A DNA stretch of 64,000 nt, taken from NCBI GenBank assembly GCA_030141605.1, contig JAQGDQ010000665.1, positions 1 through 64,000 on the forward strand. The letters are read 5' to 3'. The translations under genes were made by a program, and so were the position numbers. Positions 1 through 44,060 of the stretch are shown in pieces. This DNA comes from Tubiluchus corallicola. Taxonomy: Eukaryota; Animalia; Priapulida. Under the pieces are notes generated by a model. The model searched no databases and had not been told where the DNA came from. It saw only the letters and a program-made list of their open reading frames with translations. Position 1 is the stretch's first letter. Each line of letters opens with the position of its first letter.

Positions 1-399
1 CTATGACAACATATTAAAAAAACAGTAAGATTTTGCTAAGACAGGTCTGAATAAATAACTCGATGAAAAACAGTAAGATTGTGCTAAATCTTAATAAGTC
101 TCTGTAGCCTAAAGAATACTTAATTACAATAGAAGCATACCAAAGCAATTCATTTGCGCTGCCACATTTGAAATATATTATTACACAATATAATCAGTCA
201 ATATCATCATATATCATTATTCAAAAGCCAGAATCTTGATGCCCTTCTGTACCGTCATATTGTACACAAATATAGAAACCGATACACATATTCCGGTATA
301 TTTTACTATTGGTTAATTATTCGATTTGAAAGAAAAACGTACTTCTCCAGAGGAAGGCCCTAAGAACGTTAGTTGTCTTGTAGTGTTTAACTTTAGAGC

Positions 400-620
400 C
401 TGAGAGTTTGTTCAACAAGAGCTTGAGAGTTTGTACAGCGTGCAGATAATTTGCTACATCTGTAGCAATTTTCTTCTTGGATTTCAAAAATAAGAGGAAA
501 ACAATTTACCGGTTTTTTGTTTTTGACATCCCAATTCTCGGTGGAAAGATGGCGAAAGATTTCATAATTACGAGTCATCCAAATTTGGAATAGTCTAATG
601 CTAGGGTTACTGTTGCTTAC
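400..620 (+). mobile_element. Degenerate CR1/L2-like LINE 3' fragment
   Basis: Plus-strand frame reads S*LRVIQIWNSL, resembling the F--RV---WN-LP motif of CR1/L2 ORF2 ends. Confidence 0.45.
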
Positions 621-699
621 TTGATTAACCAGGGCAAACACGAGACATATAGCAGTTTTTAGGATTTTCCACTGCTGTTAAGTCAGTTATTGTATATTA

Positions 700-1000
700 A
701 TCATTATAATCATAATCGTCATCTCCGTCAAAGTCTCATCCACCTGTTGTAGACACTCATAACCATTTACTAGAGCACTCCACCCACTCCTCTCTGCAGG
801 TAATAGCACAAGTTCTTCTACTCCTAAAGACAGATTTGGTTGAAGTTGTTCAGTATCGTCATTTATTTTAGCTATCCCAGTTGTTTTTGGTTTGGCAAGT
901 AGTTTCTTTGCAGGTGTTTTAAAGCTTCTTTTAAGGCGGATTCTTATCGGTGCTTCATTTGGTAATCTGAGAAAATGTCCCAGGTGACATTCTATGTAGA
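700..1000 (-). mobile_element. Degenerate non-LTR retrotransposon 3' end (RTE-like)
   Basis: HLGHFLRLPNEAPIR...KKLLAKPKTT...AERSGWSALV resembles the W-GH--R...RPRGRP--W...A-DR--W--LV tail of LINE ORF2; followed by an ATG/ATT-rich tail. Confidence 0.65.
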
Positions 1001-1373
1001 AATTTGCAATCATTTTATTGTAAAACGTAGACAATGTTCACTTCAGTAATAAAATTGAACAAACAGTCATAAAAGTTAGCAATATGATACTGTAGAAATT
1101 TTGTATTCTTTAGGCTACAGAGACTTATTAAGATTTAGCACAATCTTACTGTTTTTCATCGAGTTATTTATTCAGACCTGTCTTAGCAAAATCTTACTGT
1201 TTTTTTAATATGTTGTCATAGCAAAATTTTACTGTTTTTCATATGGTTATTTATTATTTATTCTCCGCAAATTTAACGCTTAATAACTCGTGAACCTTGC
1301 AAGCTGGGGTCACCAAACTCGCAGGGTTGGTAACCCTGGGTGGGGGACGTACAATAGTGTGGCGACCACTGAC

Positions 1374-2657
1374 CTTGTAATCCTACACGAGTGTGCACCA
1401 CATTATGATTTTGACTCCTACTTTCAGCAAAAATGCTAAGATTTCTTGTAATCCTACACGAGTGTGCACCACATTATGATTTTGACTACTACTTTCAGCA
1501 ACAATGCTAAGATTTCTTGTAATCCTACACGAGTGTGCACCACATTATGATTTTGACTGCTGTTTTCAGCAAAAATGCTAAGATTTCTTGTAATCCTACA
1601 CGAGTGTGCACCACATTATGATTTTGACTACTACTTTCAGCAAAAATGCTAAGATTTCTTGTAATCCTACACGAGTGTGCACCACATTATGATTTTGACT
1701 ACTAGTTTCAGCAAAAATGCTAAGATTTCTTGTAATCCTACACGAGTGTGCACCACATTATGATTTTGACTGCTAGTTTCAGCAAAAATGCTAAGATTTC
1801 TTGTAATCCTACACGAGTGTGCACCACATTATGATTTTGACTACTAGTTTCAGCAAAAATGCTAAGATTTCTTGTAATCCTACACGAGTGTGCACCACAT
1901 TATGATTTTAACTGCTAGTTTCAGCAAAAATGCTAAGATTTCTTGTAATCCTACACGAGTGTGCACCACATTATGATTTTGACTACTACTTTCAGCAAAA
2001 ATGCCAAGATTTCTTGTAATCCTACACGAGTGTGCACCACATTATGATTTTGACTACTAGTTTCAGCAAAAATGCTAAGATTTCTTGTAATCCTACACGA
2101 GTGTGCACCACATTATGATTTTGACTACTAGTTTCAGCAAAAATGCTAAGATTTCTTGTAATCCTACACGAGTGTGCACCACATTATGATTTTGACTGCT
2201 AGTTTCAGCAAAAATGCTAAGATTTCTTGTAATCCTACACGAGTGTGCACCACATTATGATTTTAACTGCTAGTTTCAGCAAAAATGCTAAGATTTCTTG
2301 TAATCCTACACGAGTGTGCACCACATTATGATTTTAACTACTACTTTCAGCAAAAATGCTAAGATTTCTTGTAATCCTACACGAGTGTGCACCACATTAT
2401 GATTTTGACTACTAGTTTCAGCAAAAATGCCAAGATTTCTTGTAATCCTACACGTGTGCACCACATTATGATTTTAACTACTACTTTCAGCAAAAATGCT
2501 AAGATTTCCTGTAATCCTACACGAGTGTGCACCACATTATGATTTTGACTGCTAGTTTCAGCAAAAATGCTAAGATTTCTTGTAATCCTACACTAGTGTG
2601 CACCACATTATGACTTTAACTGCTCGTTTCAGCAAAAATGCTAAGATTTCTTGTATT
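1374..2657. repeat. 71-bp tandem repeat, ~18 copies
   Basis: Unit CTTGTAATCCTACACGAGTGTGCACCACATTATGATTTTGACTACTACTTTCAGCAAAAATGCTAAGATTT. Confidence 0.95.
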
Positions 2658-3887
2658 ATTTTACCAGAATGCTGAACACGTGGCTTAATGAATGTGATTT
2701 AATAACTAGATTACAATATTATTGCCGAATTCTATTAATCATGCTACTTTGACTACATTAGAGGTGGACCAGTCATTTTATTTTGGGTTATTCATAAAAA
2801 TTGTAGTTGATATTTGAGTAAAGAGGCTCAGTTTGTCATTTTCACAGGCTGTAGTGTTACTAGTGTATTAATAAGTGACTCAATCTTGTTTTAAAACGAA
2901 CATTGTCTAACTCGTACCCTAGCACAAGTCGAACAAATTTTCCACTCTCTAGGTGTTTGAGTTATACGTTGTTTGCAGCATTTGCACTTCGTATTCTAGA
3001 TCATGTTATGACTTCGTATTCTAGATCATGTTATGAAAGATTTTCTGTGAATAATTTATGGACTGTGAAATTTGTGCAATCACTTCCAGTCCAAAATGTG
3101 TCGTTTTTGATCGATATATTTTATAGAGCAGCAAAAATAGTTCTGCCAAAAATTAATGTTTGCAGTAATTTGTTAAAGGAAAACATGGTGATTTTCCAAT
3201 CCTACGCTATTTTGAAGTAAGATAAAGAGCATACATTTGAACACCTGTAATCGTGCCAGGGTTTCTGATAATTATATTATGATTTAAAAATTTAATTAAT
3301 GGTCGGCGAACCCAACTAGTTCCAACTGCATGATCTTCTCGCATTGGCTTTTTCATAAAGTAGTTCATGATACCGTGGAAGCCGGAATCAATCATCCCTC
3401 AAGGAGGTGAACAACCAGAATCAGCAAGGCAAAGAAAACTCTCCAGAGCGAGCATTGATCCCAGGCAGTCATGAAATCATTCACCGACCGGGGTTGGTAT
3501 TGCTTAACTTATGTTGCAAAGCACACGCCATGTCGAAGTGGCTACTCGGCCTGGCTCTCCTTGACACATACATACATCAAAAATTGAACGATAAACACAA
3601 AACAAAGTCAAATGCCCAAATGCAGTTAAAAAGCTGAATGTATTGAATATTACAGAACAGAAAAACAGAACCTGTTTTACGCAGAAATGCAATTGCAAGC
3701 CGTGATTATTGCGTCATGAATTCTCACTTGTGCCAAAATTAAAACAATGGCACAAAGTCATCACTATTTACAAACACTATTATCATGTAGAAATATCTAA
3801 ATACAGAATGTATCAGAAAATTTCACCCCCATTGTTAAACTGAACAATGGACTACTCAATGAACAATGAACAATGGATGATATTTAA

Positions 3888-36131
<32,244 letters not shown>

Positions 36132-38587
36132 CTTGCAAAGCAGCAAAAGTTGCTTTTATAGATCAAACTCTATTGCCCTGAAACTAGGAAAATAAAACAT
36201 TTATAGCATGGTTATTAAATTTATGGTAATAAAATTGATCTATGTTGTAATATTTACTATGGATAAGGGTGTTTGTTTGTTGAAAAAATCTATATTGCTG
36301 TCATCACTATGTAAATTACTGTATTTTCGGCGGTTTTTTGCAAAACGTATACCTCTTATTTCTGGAAAAAGGCAATGGGTCGGGGGCGGCAGTGGCCATG
36401 GATAGATACTACGCCCGTTCAACCGTGCATATTTAGAATTCGCGAGAGGGTCACAGCGCCCCGCAATGGGCATTTTTCCGGACCCAACACCCGATTTTTT
36501 TGAAATTTTGACCAAACAGGCTGCAGAAAAAATGTTCCAGCGGTGCCTGGTGGGACTCCCAGAAGGAGATATATAGCTCTTTAGAAAGAGCAAGAACAGG
36601 GGTACACGATGATATGGGCTATATCTTAGTACACGTCCACCAAGAGGAGTGCTGACGAGTTAATTAGATGTTCTATTTTCGGCAAGTTTTGCTTGGAAAA
36701 CTGCTGACGCAAAGCCATTGTTGTGACGTCATCCATTATACTGTGCTAATAACCTTATAACTTTAATTCAGTAAAAGCTGCTGGTGACTTTGCATTAGGA
36801 AAATAAATGAACACTAGGTAGAATGTTTACGCATTGTTAATTATAAGTGGATTTATAAGCAAAATTTTTTGCGGGACCTTTGCTAGCTTAATGTTATCGT
36901 TAAGTAATGATTCTGTATCATCAATTAAATTCAAATTAAGAGGATTATTATCAGTTATAGCACCAGCACCACAACACATAAACAAAAACACGTATGATAA
37001 AACCAAGGTTGAGGATCATTCGGTAGATTCTCAGAATCAGTGAGCATTAAAGCAGAACCGTACAAAATCTTAAACTGTAGATCTAAACAATGCACTCATT
37101 AAATATTGAAAGGAAACATTTTTCAAAAATGACCCACGTGAAAGAATTATTACCACACAAACACAATTTCGCGTTGCGTCACCCGGTCTTCGCTATTACT
37201 TGCATTTCGCCATTTGCTAGTTAGACGCGCATTAGCGCCTGGATTTCGAAAAGCATTGCACAAAAAACTGGTGCTGTACCTCTCAAATCAGATGTGTTAG
37301 TTTGCGACGAACTACACACATTCGACAGCTTGTGCACAAGCACAACAGAAAATATGAAATTAGAATGTTTATGTTTAAACTCGCCTTGTTTTAGTACAAC
37401 ACACTGAATATCTTACAGTAGCACTGTACTTCAATTTCCGTTTCGCAAACATGTGCAACACTGGAATCATTTTTCTGCTGAAAATTATGTTAGTTTGCGA
37501 TGTCATCAGTAGTTGGGCTGGCCTGCCGTTAATTAAGTGTATAATCTATTCTTCAATTACCAGAAATGCTTTTGCAGTATCAACTGCGTTAAAATGTATA
37601 CTTTTTATTGGACTTGAAAATGGGGTAGTATATGAAAAATCATCCTGTCTTTCTTTAAATAATATACAGCATCATCAAAAAAATCCAGTTTAAGAGAATT
37701 ATTATCAATTATAACACATAAACAAAAATATTCATTGTCAATAATATTGCTGAAAGGAAATATGTCACCTAAACACTTGTGACAAAACGAAGGCTGAGGA
37801 TCATTCGATAGATTTTCAGAATCAGTAAGTGTTAAAGGGCAGCATTTTAGGTGAAGCCATGGTTGACAACTTGTCATTATTACCAATCTAGATTCAATAG
37901 AATTTTTGAACATTACTGATTTTACGTGCATGAACTGGTAAATCATTCCTTAATTTGTGTGCCGCTACGCTAAAACTATGAGAACCATATGTGACTAGAT
38001 TATAAAGCAGTACAACAACTGTTGATGAGTTAGTTGATCTAAGGTTTCGTTTGGGCACATGGATTAAAAACACTGCAACATACAGGCACTAAATTGTGGA
38101 GCTCCCTTCCATACCATCTCTGACCACAGTCATAAAAAATGCTTACATGCAAACAATGTATACAACAAACCTTCAATTTCTAAAAAAAAATTATTTTTAC
38201 GTTTTATTGTGTCATAATTATCGATTCTCGACAGAAATCACCAGTGTCCTACTTGGGCTGCCAATGTACGACACTGCTTTTTCACAAATTTAGCACATGC
38301 GTTTTAGCAGAAGTGTCGTATTTTGGCTAGTGGCATATTCCGCGCACTACCATATTATTATATATTTTTATAGGGCCTATCATAAAATTCAAATGCATGT
38401 TAATCGATATGAATAATTATTGTAATAAAATGGATGATAATGGCGGATTGAGCAAAATCATATATTTTGAGAAGGCAAAGCGGAGCAATACATCATGCAC
38501 GACTGTCCCACACGCGTGCACATACCCGCAAGCTATCACTCAGCCTGCGAAATTTTAAGTGCACACTCATACCCCGGACACGGAACG

Positions 38588-39501
38588 TGTTGGGAGCCGT
38601 TTGGACCACTGCGCCAAGTAGACCAATTGGTCTACTTGGGCTGCCCAAGTAGGACACTAGAGACAGGTCGTGAATTCAGTCGTTAAGTGTACTGACACCG
38701 TCCGTTGTGCTTGTTTATGTAGTAATAATAATTAAAGACGTTAATACACGTTGAATAATTTATTATACATCTAATAAAATAAAAGAATTTTATTCTGAGC
38801 TGGTAGAACGGACAATATTAAATTTGGTTTCGATATTAATGTTGTTGAAGTGAAAAAACCCCACTTTTTTGCGAATTCAACATTTGTTTAAGGTATATCA
38901 TTTTTGATTTTGTCTCACTTCACAAACAGGTGGTCCGTTTCACTACCTCTTGGGCAAATAATTGTTTTCTTATAAGTAAACGTTCTAGCGATCTATGTGT
39001 CCTACATGGGCTAGCGAGCCATGTAGGACAGTGGCCTACATGTTACAATACTACTGATAATATTAAAACAAATTATCTTTGCTTTTCTTAAATGTTAAAA
39101 ATTACTTTTTGGTGTTGTGAAGGCTTAGCAGCATCTGTCTCATTTTTAAATTTGCAATTATTTCTGTAATAACTGTGTGCAGAATTTCTCTCTTTAAAGC
39201 ATTAGATACTAGGTTTAATGTTATGATATATTAATGGAGTTAATCATAATGATGAAATTATTGTAAGAAATGCATTTGTAAATTGCCAAGGAATATCCAT
39301 TTCTAAAAGAAATTTTGTTTTATGCTTTATTATGTCATAACAATACTTATAAACAATGGTAATATAAACTGGAAACAAGTTTTGCCAGAGCAAGTTTCTC
39401 GACAAAAATCGCTAGTGTCCTACTTGGGCTGCCCATGTAGGACACTACTTTTAGCGCATCAAGTGGTCTACTTGGCGCAGTGGTCCAAACGGCTCCCAAC
39501 A
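38588..39501. mobile_element. Non-autonomous TIR element with TGT...ACA ends and 5-bp TSD (Ginger-like)
   Basis: GAACG|TGTTGGGAGCCGTTTGGACCACTGCGCCAAGTAGACCA ... TGGTCTACTTGGCGCAGTGGTCCAAACGGCTCCCAACA|GAACG. Confidence 0.8.
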
Positions 39502-39715
39502 GAACGCATAAGCACAGTATCATACTATAATGTAGAATGTTACATGTCAGCAGTCCGCTTACGTTTTGTTGCATTGAAGATTGTGTGGTTCACCCCTTTG
39601 ATTTACGTTTGTATTTAGGCCGTTATAGTTGAGCAATTAGTGGTATCCCAAAGGTTCGCACATGACTGAATTAACTAAAAACTTAATATTAACAGTAGTT
39701 TGAACTTAGTCTTAC

Positions 39716-39830
39716 CTAATTTTTCTGAATGCGGTACGAAGTTCACAATAGTACAGAAAAGGTTGCCATTATCGTCGCTTTTTTATTTTCCTTGCTAATG
39801 CTAAAATTAGATTTGTGGGATACATGCGCA
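39716..39830 (-). promoter_or_regulatory. Candidate CCAR1 non-coding first exon / promoter
   Basis: Strong donor AG|GTAAGA at 39715 with a TGCGCATG (NRF1-like) motif at ~39823-39830; acceptor at 36177 requires an upstream exon. Inference only. Confidence 0.4.
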
Positions 39831-40182
39831 AGAGTGTTGACGAGTTAATTCAGGTCGCTTTTATTGGGCAACCTCACAAGACAGATTTCAAACTCGTCAA
39901 ACCAGAGCCTAACAAAATGAATTGCCGAATTGACACACGTTTAAAAAATTCCCACATCACAAAACATAATTATAAATAATAGGTTATCACAGAATACATT
40001 CCGATAAACAACAAACAGTTATTAGTTGCACTGGTGACAGCTGTTGGGCTGGCTATTGCTTTAAAAATTTCCAGCTGATTCTTTTAAATGAATCAGCTTG
40101 TTTCAAGTGTGCATATATTGCAAGTACACTTCTGCAACTTCAATCCTGCCAGTTCTAGCTGTTTGCAGTGCCCCTGGCAATA

Positions 40183-40564
40183 AGCAGCCACATGCAGTTC
40201 AGTGGTGTCAGAAGTGGGATTTCAAGGGTCAAAATATTCTCAATTTTTTCTAATGAAATATGCCTGTTTCCATAACTAGTATACAGTAGTGGATAACAAT
40301 GCATATCCTTTGCAAAAAACAGGCTGAATGACAATGATTAAGGCAATTAAATATTTATTTCACTATGTACACAGCAGCCACATGCAGTTCAGTGGTGTCA
40401 GAAGTGGGATTTCAAGGGTCAAAATATTCTCAATTTTTTCTAATGAAATATGCCTGTTTCCATAACTAGTATACAGTAGTGGATAACAATGCATATCCTT
40501 TGCAAAAAACAGGCTGAATGACAATGATTAAGGCAATTAAATATTTATTTCACTATGTACACAG
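40183..40564. repeat. Perfect 190-bp tandem duplication (intergenic / ANKS3 3' region)
   Basis: AGCAGCCACATGCAGTTC... at 40183 and 40373. Confidence 0.9.
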
Positions 40565-43109
40565 TGTCACAATAATATTAACTGTGGTGCCACAAAAATT
40601 AAGTTACATAACAGCACCTAACAAGAACTCAGTTATGTAAGATCATCAATATGCTGCTAGTTACATATTCGCAGTTTGTCATGAGATTCAACGAACTTAT
40701 TCAACCTAAGAGCTACTATGAATACATTTATGAGCAAAATAACTGAAACAGCTCTGAGAAGACAATTAAGAGTCTCAGATGTTCAAAAGTCGCAGTATAG
40801 CAGTAACTAAAATGATGATGATTATAGATTTAAAAACCAAGATGCAAATGCAAGGAACTGACATTTATTGCGAGGGAATTATAATAATTTAATGTTATTT
40901 CCACATGCTGAGTAAAACGAATAATGTGTAAGATAGTTAAAAATTGGAAATGGTAAAACTAGATATAATAAAATTTAATAAGAATTTGAAAAGCTATAAT
41001 GTACATAGTTTGTAAATGTACTAACAACAAGCAGGTAAATTTCAAATACCTGTATCGTTTTTTCGTACAATTCGACATTGCGCAAACCGTGGTCCAAAAC
41101 TCAAAGGCAGGAATTACTTAACACAGACTGATGTAGCTTAACACAGACTGATGTAGTGTGACTAGACTAGTTCAGTATCAAGGATAACACTGTGACAAGA
41201 AACAAAGTTTTTCAGCTACATTCAGATGTGTATACATTTGCCGTCATCGAGACGGGGCGAGGGGGTTGGGGAAGAAGAGAGAGTGTGCGCAGTCGGTCAC
41301 CCATCAACCACGCATTTGATGCTCGAGACGAAAGATCATTTTCAAGTTTCACAATAGGCACGCTTAGCAGACCCAAACAAATAAGTGACATGCTGCCATG
41401 TCATCATGATATCAATGAATGAACTGCCATAATTTATACCCTATCCATAAATTATTAGTAATTGCTACTAGTCGATATGTTGTCATGACAAGATAAAATA
41501 ATAGCAGTGATTCTGGTAATTTCCGTGCGAAAAACAGATCAACCATCTTGATTTCTAGTATAGACAACGACTGTTACAGTCGAAATTAATACATAATTTA
41601 CACATGTAGTTCACTCTGGAATCGTACTTCACCATTTTGCACAACAGTGATTATTGCGTTTTACCTTTAAGTGCGAAAACGCTTACAACTTTACAAGTTA
41701 CGAACAGTTTAAAACACTGTCCTAAAATGGTGCTTACTAGACATTCAGAATGCATGTGCATTATGTGTATGTGTTATAGATAAAATTGGTTTATACTGTT
41801 TTCAACGAATCCGTTTTTGAGATCTGCGGTGTGCGTTATTTTTTTGCAGCTATTCCGCAGGTGGAAAACGCATAACACATTCTGAAAGTCTGGTGAACTC
41901 TGCTTAAAATACATTGATTTGAACAGCCAAAGTATACCAGAAAGCAAGTTACTATACAGAGCTAAAGAGATAAGAGTCACAAATACAAAATATATCACAT
42001 GCACTGTGTTGAACTTGAAAAATTCAACCCTGTAAGATAGTTGGCATGCCATCACACAGACGGCGCTAAAGTCACAAACGTATTTTACGATTCTAAAAAT
42101 AATTTAATCTTATAGATTTATCTACAGTAAGCCAATTGGGCACTTTTCTACATATAATGTTTCAGTAAGATAGAAACACTTGTAGGCGATAAAATCATTA
42201 CACTTTCCACTCACCATACTTTGATCAGCATGAATAGTTAGGGTGAGCAGCAAACATTCGAATTCGATTCGAACGTGTTTTTTTTAATCAAGGTTGATTC
42301 AAATCTAAAATTATGGATTCGAATAATTCAGCACTTCAACTACATATGTTCTTTATCAATGTTTGAAACAGCATGCATTCAGCACAATTTAACTGCACAA
42401 TATTCTGCGCACATTTTTTAAAGAAATGTTAGTGTTTTTTACTGCAGGACAAAATCGAGCAATATGCACTATCTTTGCTAGAATGCCTTTCATTAATGAT
42501 TCCAAAATTTATTAAAATCTTTAAAACTGAATTCGAATTCAATTCGGATTCTAAATCTGGAAATTCGATTTGATTTGAGTAGGAAAGTCACAAGCTCGAT
42601 TCAAATTCGCTTTCTTACAGAGAATGCTCACAGGGCCCTAATGTACAGCAGCATTGCTCGTCAATATCCGACAGCAAGGCTACTTCTACGAAACTGAAAC
42701 ATTTTTGTCATCCAACAAAAAATCGTACGTGCCAAGTTCATTTACCTTTTCAATTATGTAAGCAGCAGTTCACTGTTTTTTTTACAAAATCATTAACGCG
42801 TCAATTTACAATTTATCAATAACCTCTTCTCTTCCTTGAATAAAAATTTTGTGCGTATGTGAACAAGAATTACAGCCAAATGAGAATGACATTAGGAATC
42901 TTTAGTTTTCTGCTGATGGGTTAACTGAAACCGCATCAGCACCTTGATTGGTTAATTACAGATTATAACTTTACTTCCGTCTAACAAATTTTACTCGTTA
43001 TACATGATGCTAAAGGATGAAATTGGGTCTTTTTGCGCAATCCAAAGTCGTAAGCGCAACGTGCTGATCTAGAATAGATATTCTGCGTACTCAGTTAGCA
43101 AAAAGTACA

Positions 43110-43775
43110 ATGGCGACAAAAGTATATCATGCTAGTAACAGTTTCCACATTGTTTCAAATACAAAATGTTCTTATTTGTAGCAGTTTGGAGATTCAAGAC
43201 TGTATGTTTCAATAGCTACACTTGTTTTGCACATCGCGTCCGAGAAACAGTGTTCGTATTTCAAGATTCAAGTACTTGTATGGTATGTTTCAATGTGTGC
43301 ACACATTTTTCAAATAAACAATGTTCTTATATGTAGCAACATGGAGGTTCAAACATTTGTATGTTTCCATGGCAACACGTGTTTTGGACATTGTATTAAA
43401 TAAATTTCTATATATTTTGCGCTGTTTCAAATAAACAATGTTCTTATATGTAGCAACATGGAGGTTCAAACATTTGTGTTTCCATGGCAACACGTGTTTT
43501 GTACATTGTTTTAAATAAATTTATATATATTTTGTGCTGTTTCAAATAAACAATGTTCTTATATGTAGCAACTTGGCGGTTCAAACATTTGTACGTTTCC
43601 ATGGCAACACGTGTTTTGTACATTGTTTTAAACAAATTTCTAATCCGACGAACAAACATACATTTTCTTTGGCACTGCGCTGTTTCAAATAAACAATGTT
43701 CTTACTTCTAACAATGCCGAGATTCAAACATTTGTATGTTTCGATGGCTGCACATGCTTTGCACACTGTTTAACC
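43110..43775. repeat. ~120-bp tandem repeat overlapping the ANKS3 stop codon and 3' UTR
   Basis: Recurring TTTCAAATAAACAATGTTCTTA...TTCAAACATTTGTATGTTTC. Confidence 0.85.
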
Positions 43776-44060
43776 AAACTGTCCATGTGCGCCGACATTG
43801 ACGATATGTTCTTTTCCACATCTTCGGACAATTCGCTTAGCCGACACAGCAACTTATCTGCGGACATTTTGGTGAGATGCGAATTCCCCAGAGATGGATT
43901 ATCAGGTTTGACTTGACCCCACGTGTACAAAGACGACGTTTGTTTAACTTCGGGTTGAACGTTCGTGTCTCCCGAACAAAAATCACTAAAACTCGAGTTT
44001 TGTTGCATCACAGCTAAATCATTGGATTGAAGTCTTTTGTTAAATTCTGATTGACACAAC
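43724..44060 (-). CDS. ANKS3: ANKS3 terminal coding exon 12
   Basis: TTACAG acceptor in phase 2; LCQSEF...LSELSEDVEKNISSMSAHMDSLVKQ...TNV*. Confidence 0.8.

Larger units (their letters stand above)
1..1221. repeat. Perfect 119-bp inverted repeat (1-119 / 1103-1221), probably extending beyond the window start
   Basis: Direct reverse-complement match by eye. Confidence 0.9.

Noticed and set aside
1374-2657. CRISPR-like appearance of regularly spaced repeats
   Set aside because: No unique spacers; the variable part is a few SNPs, and the context is eukaryotic with no cas genes.
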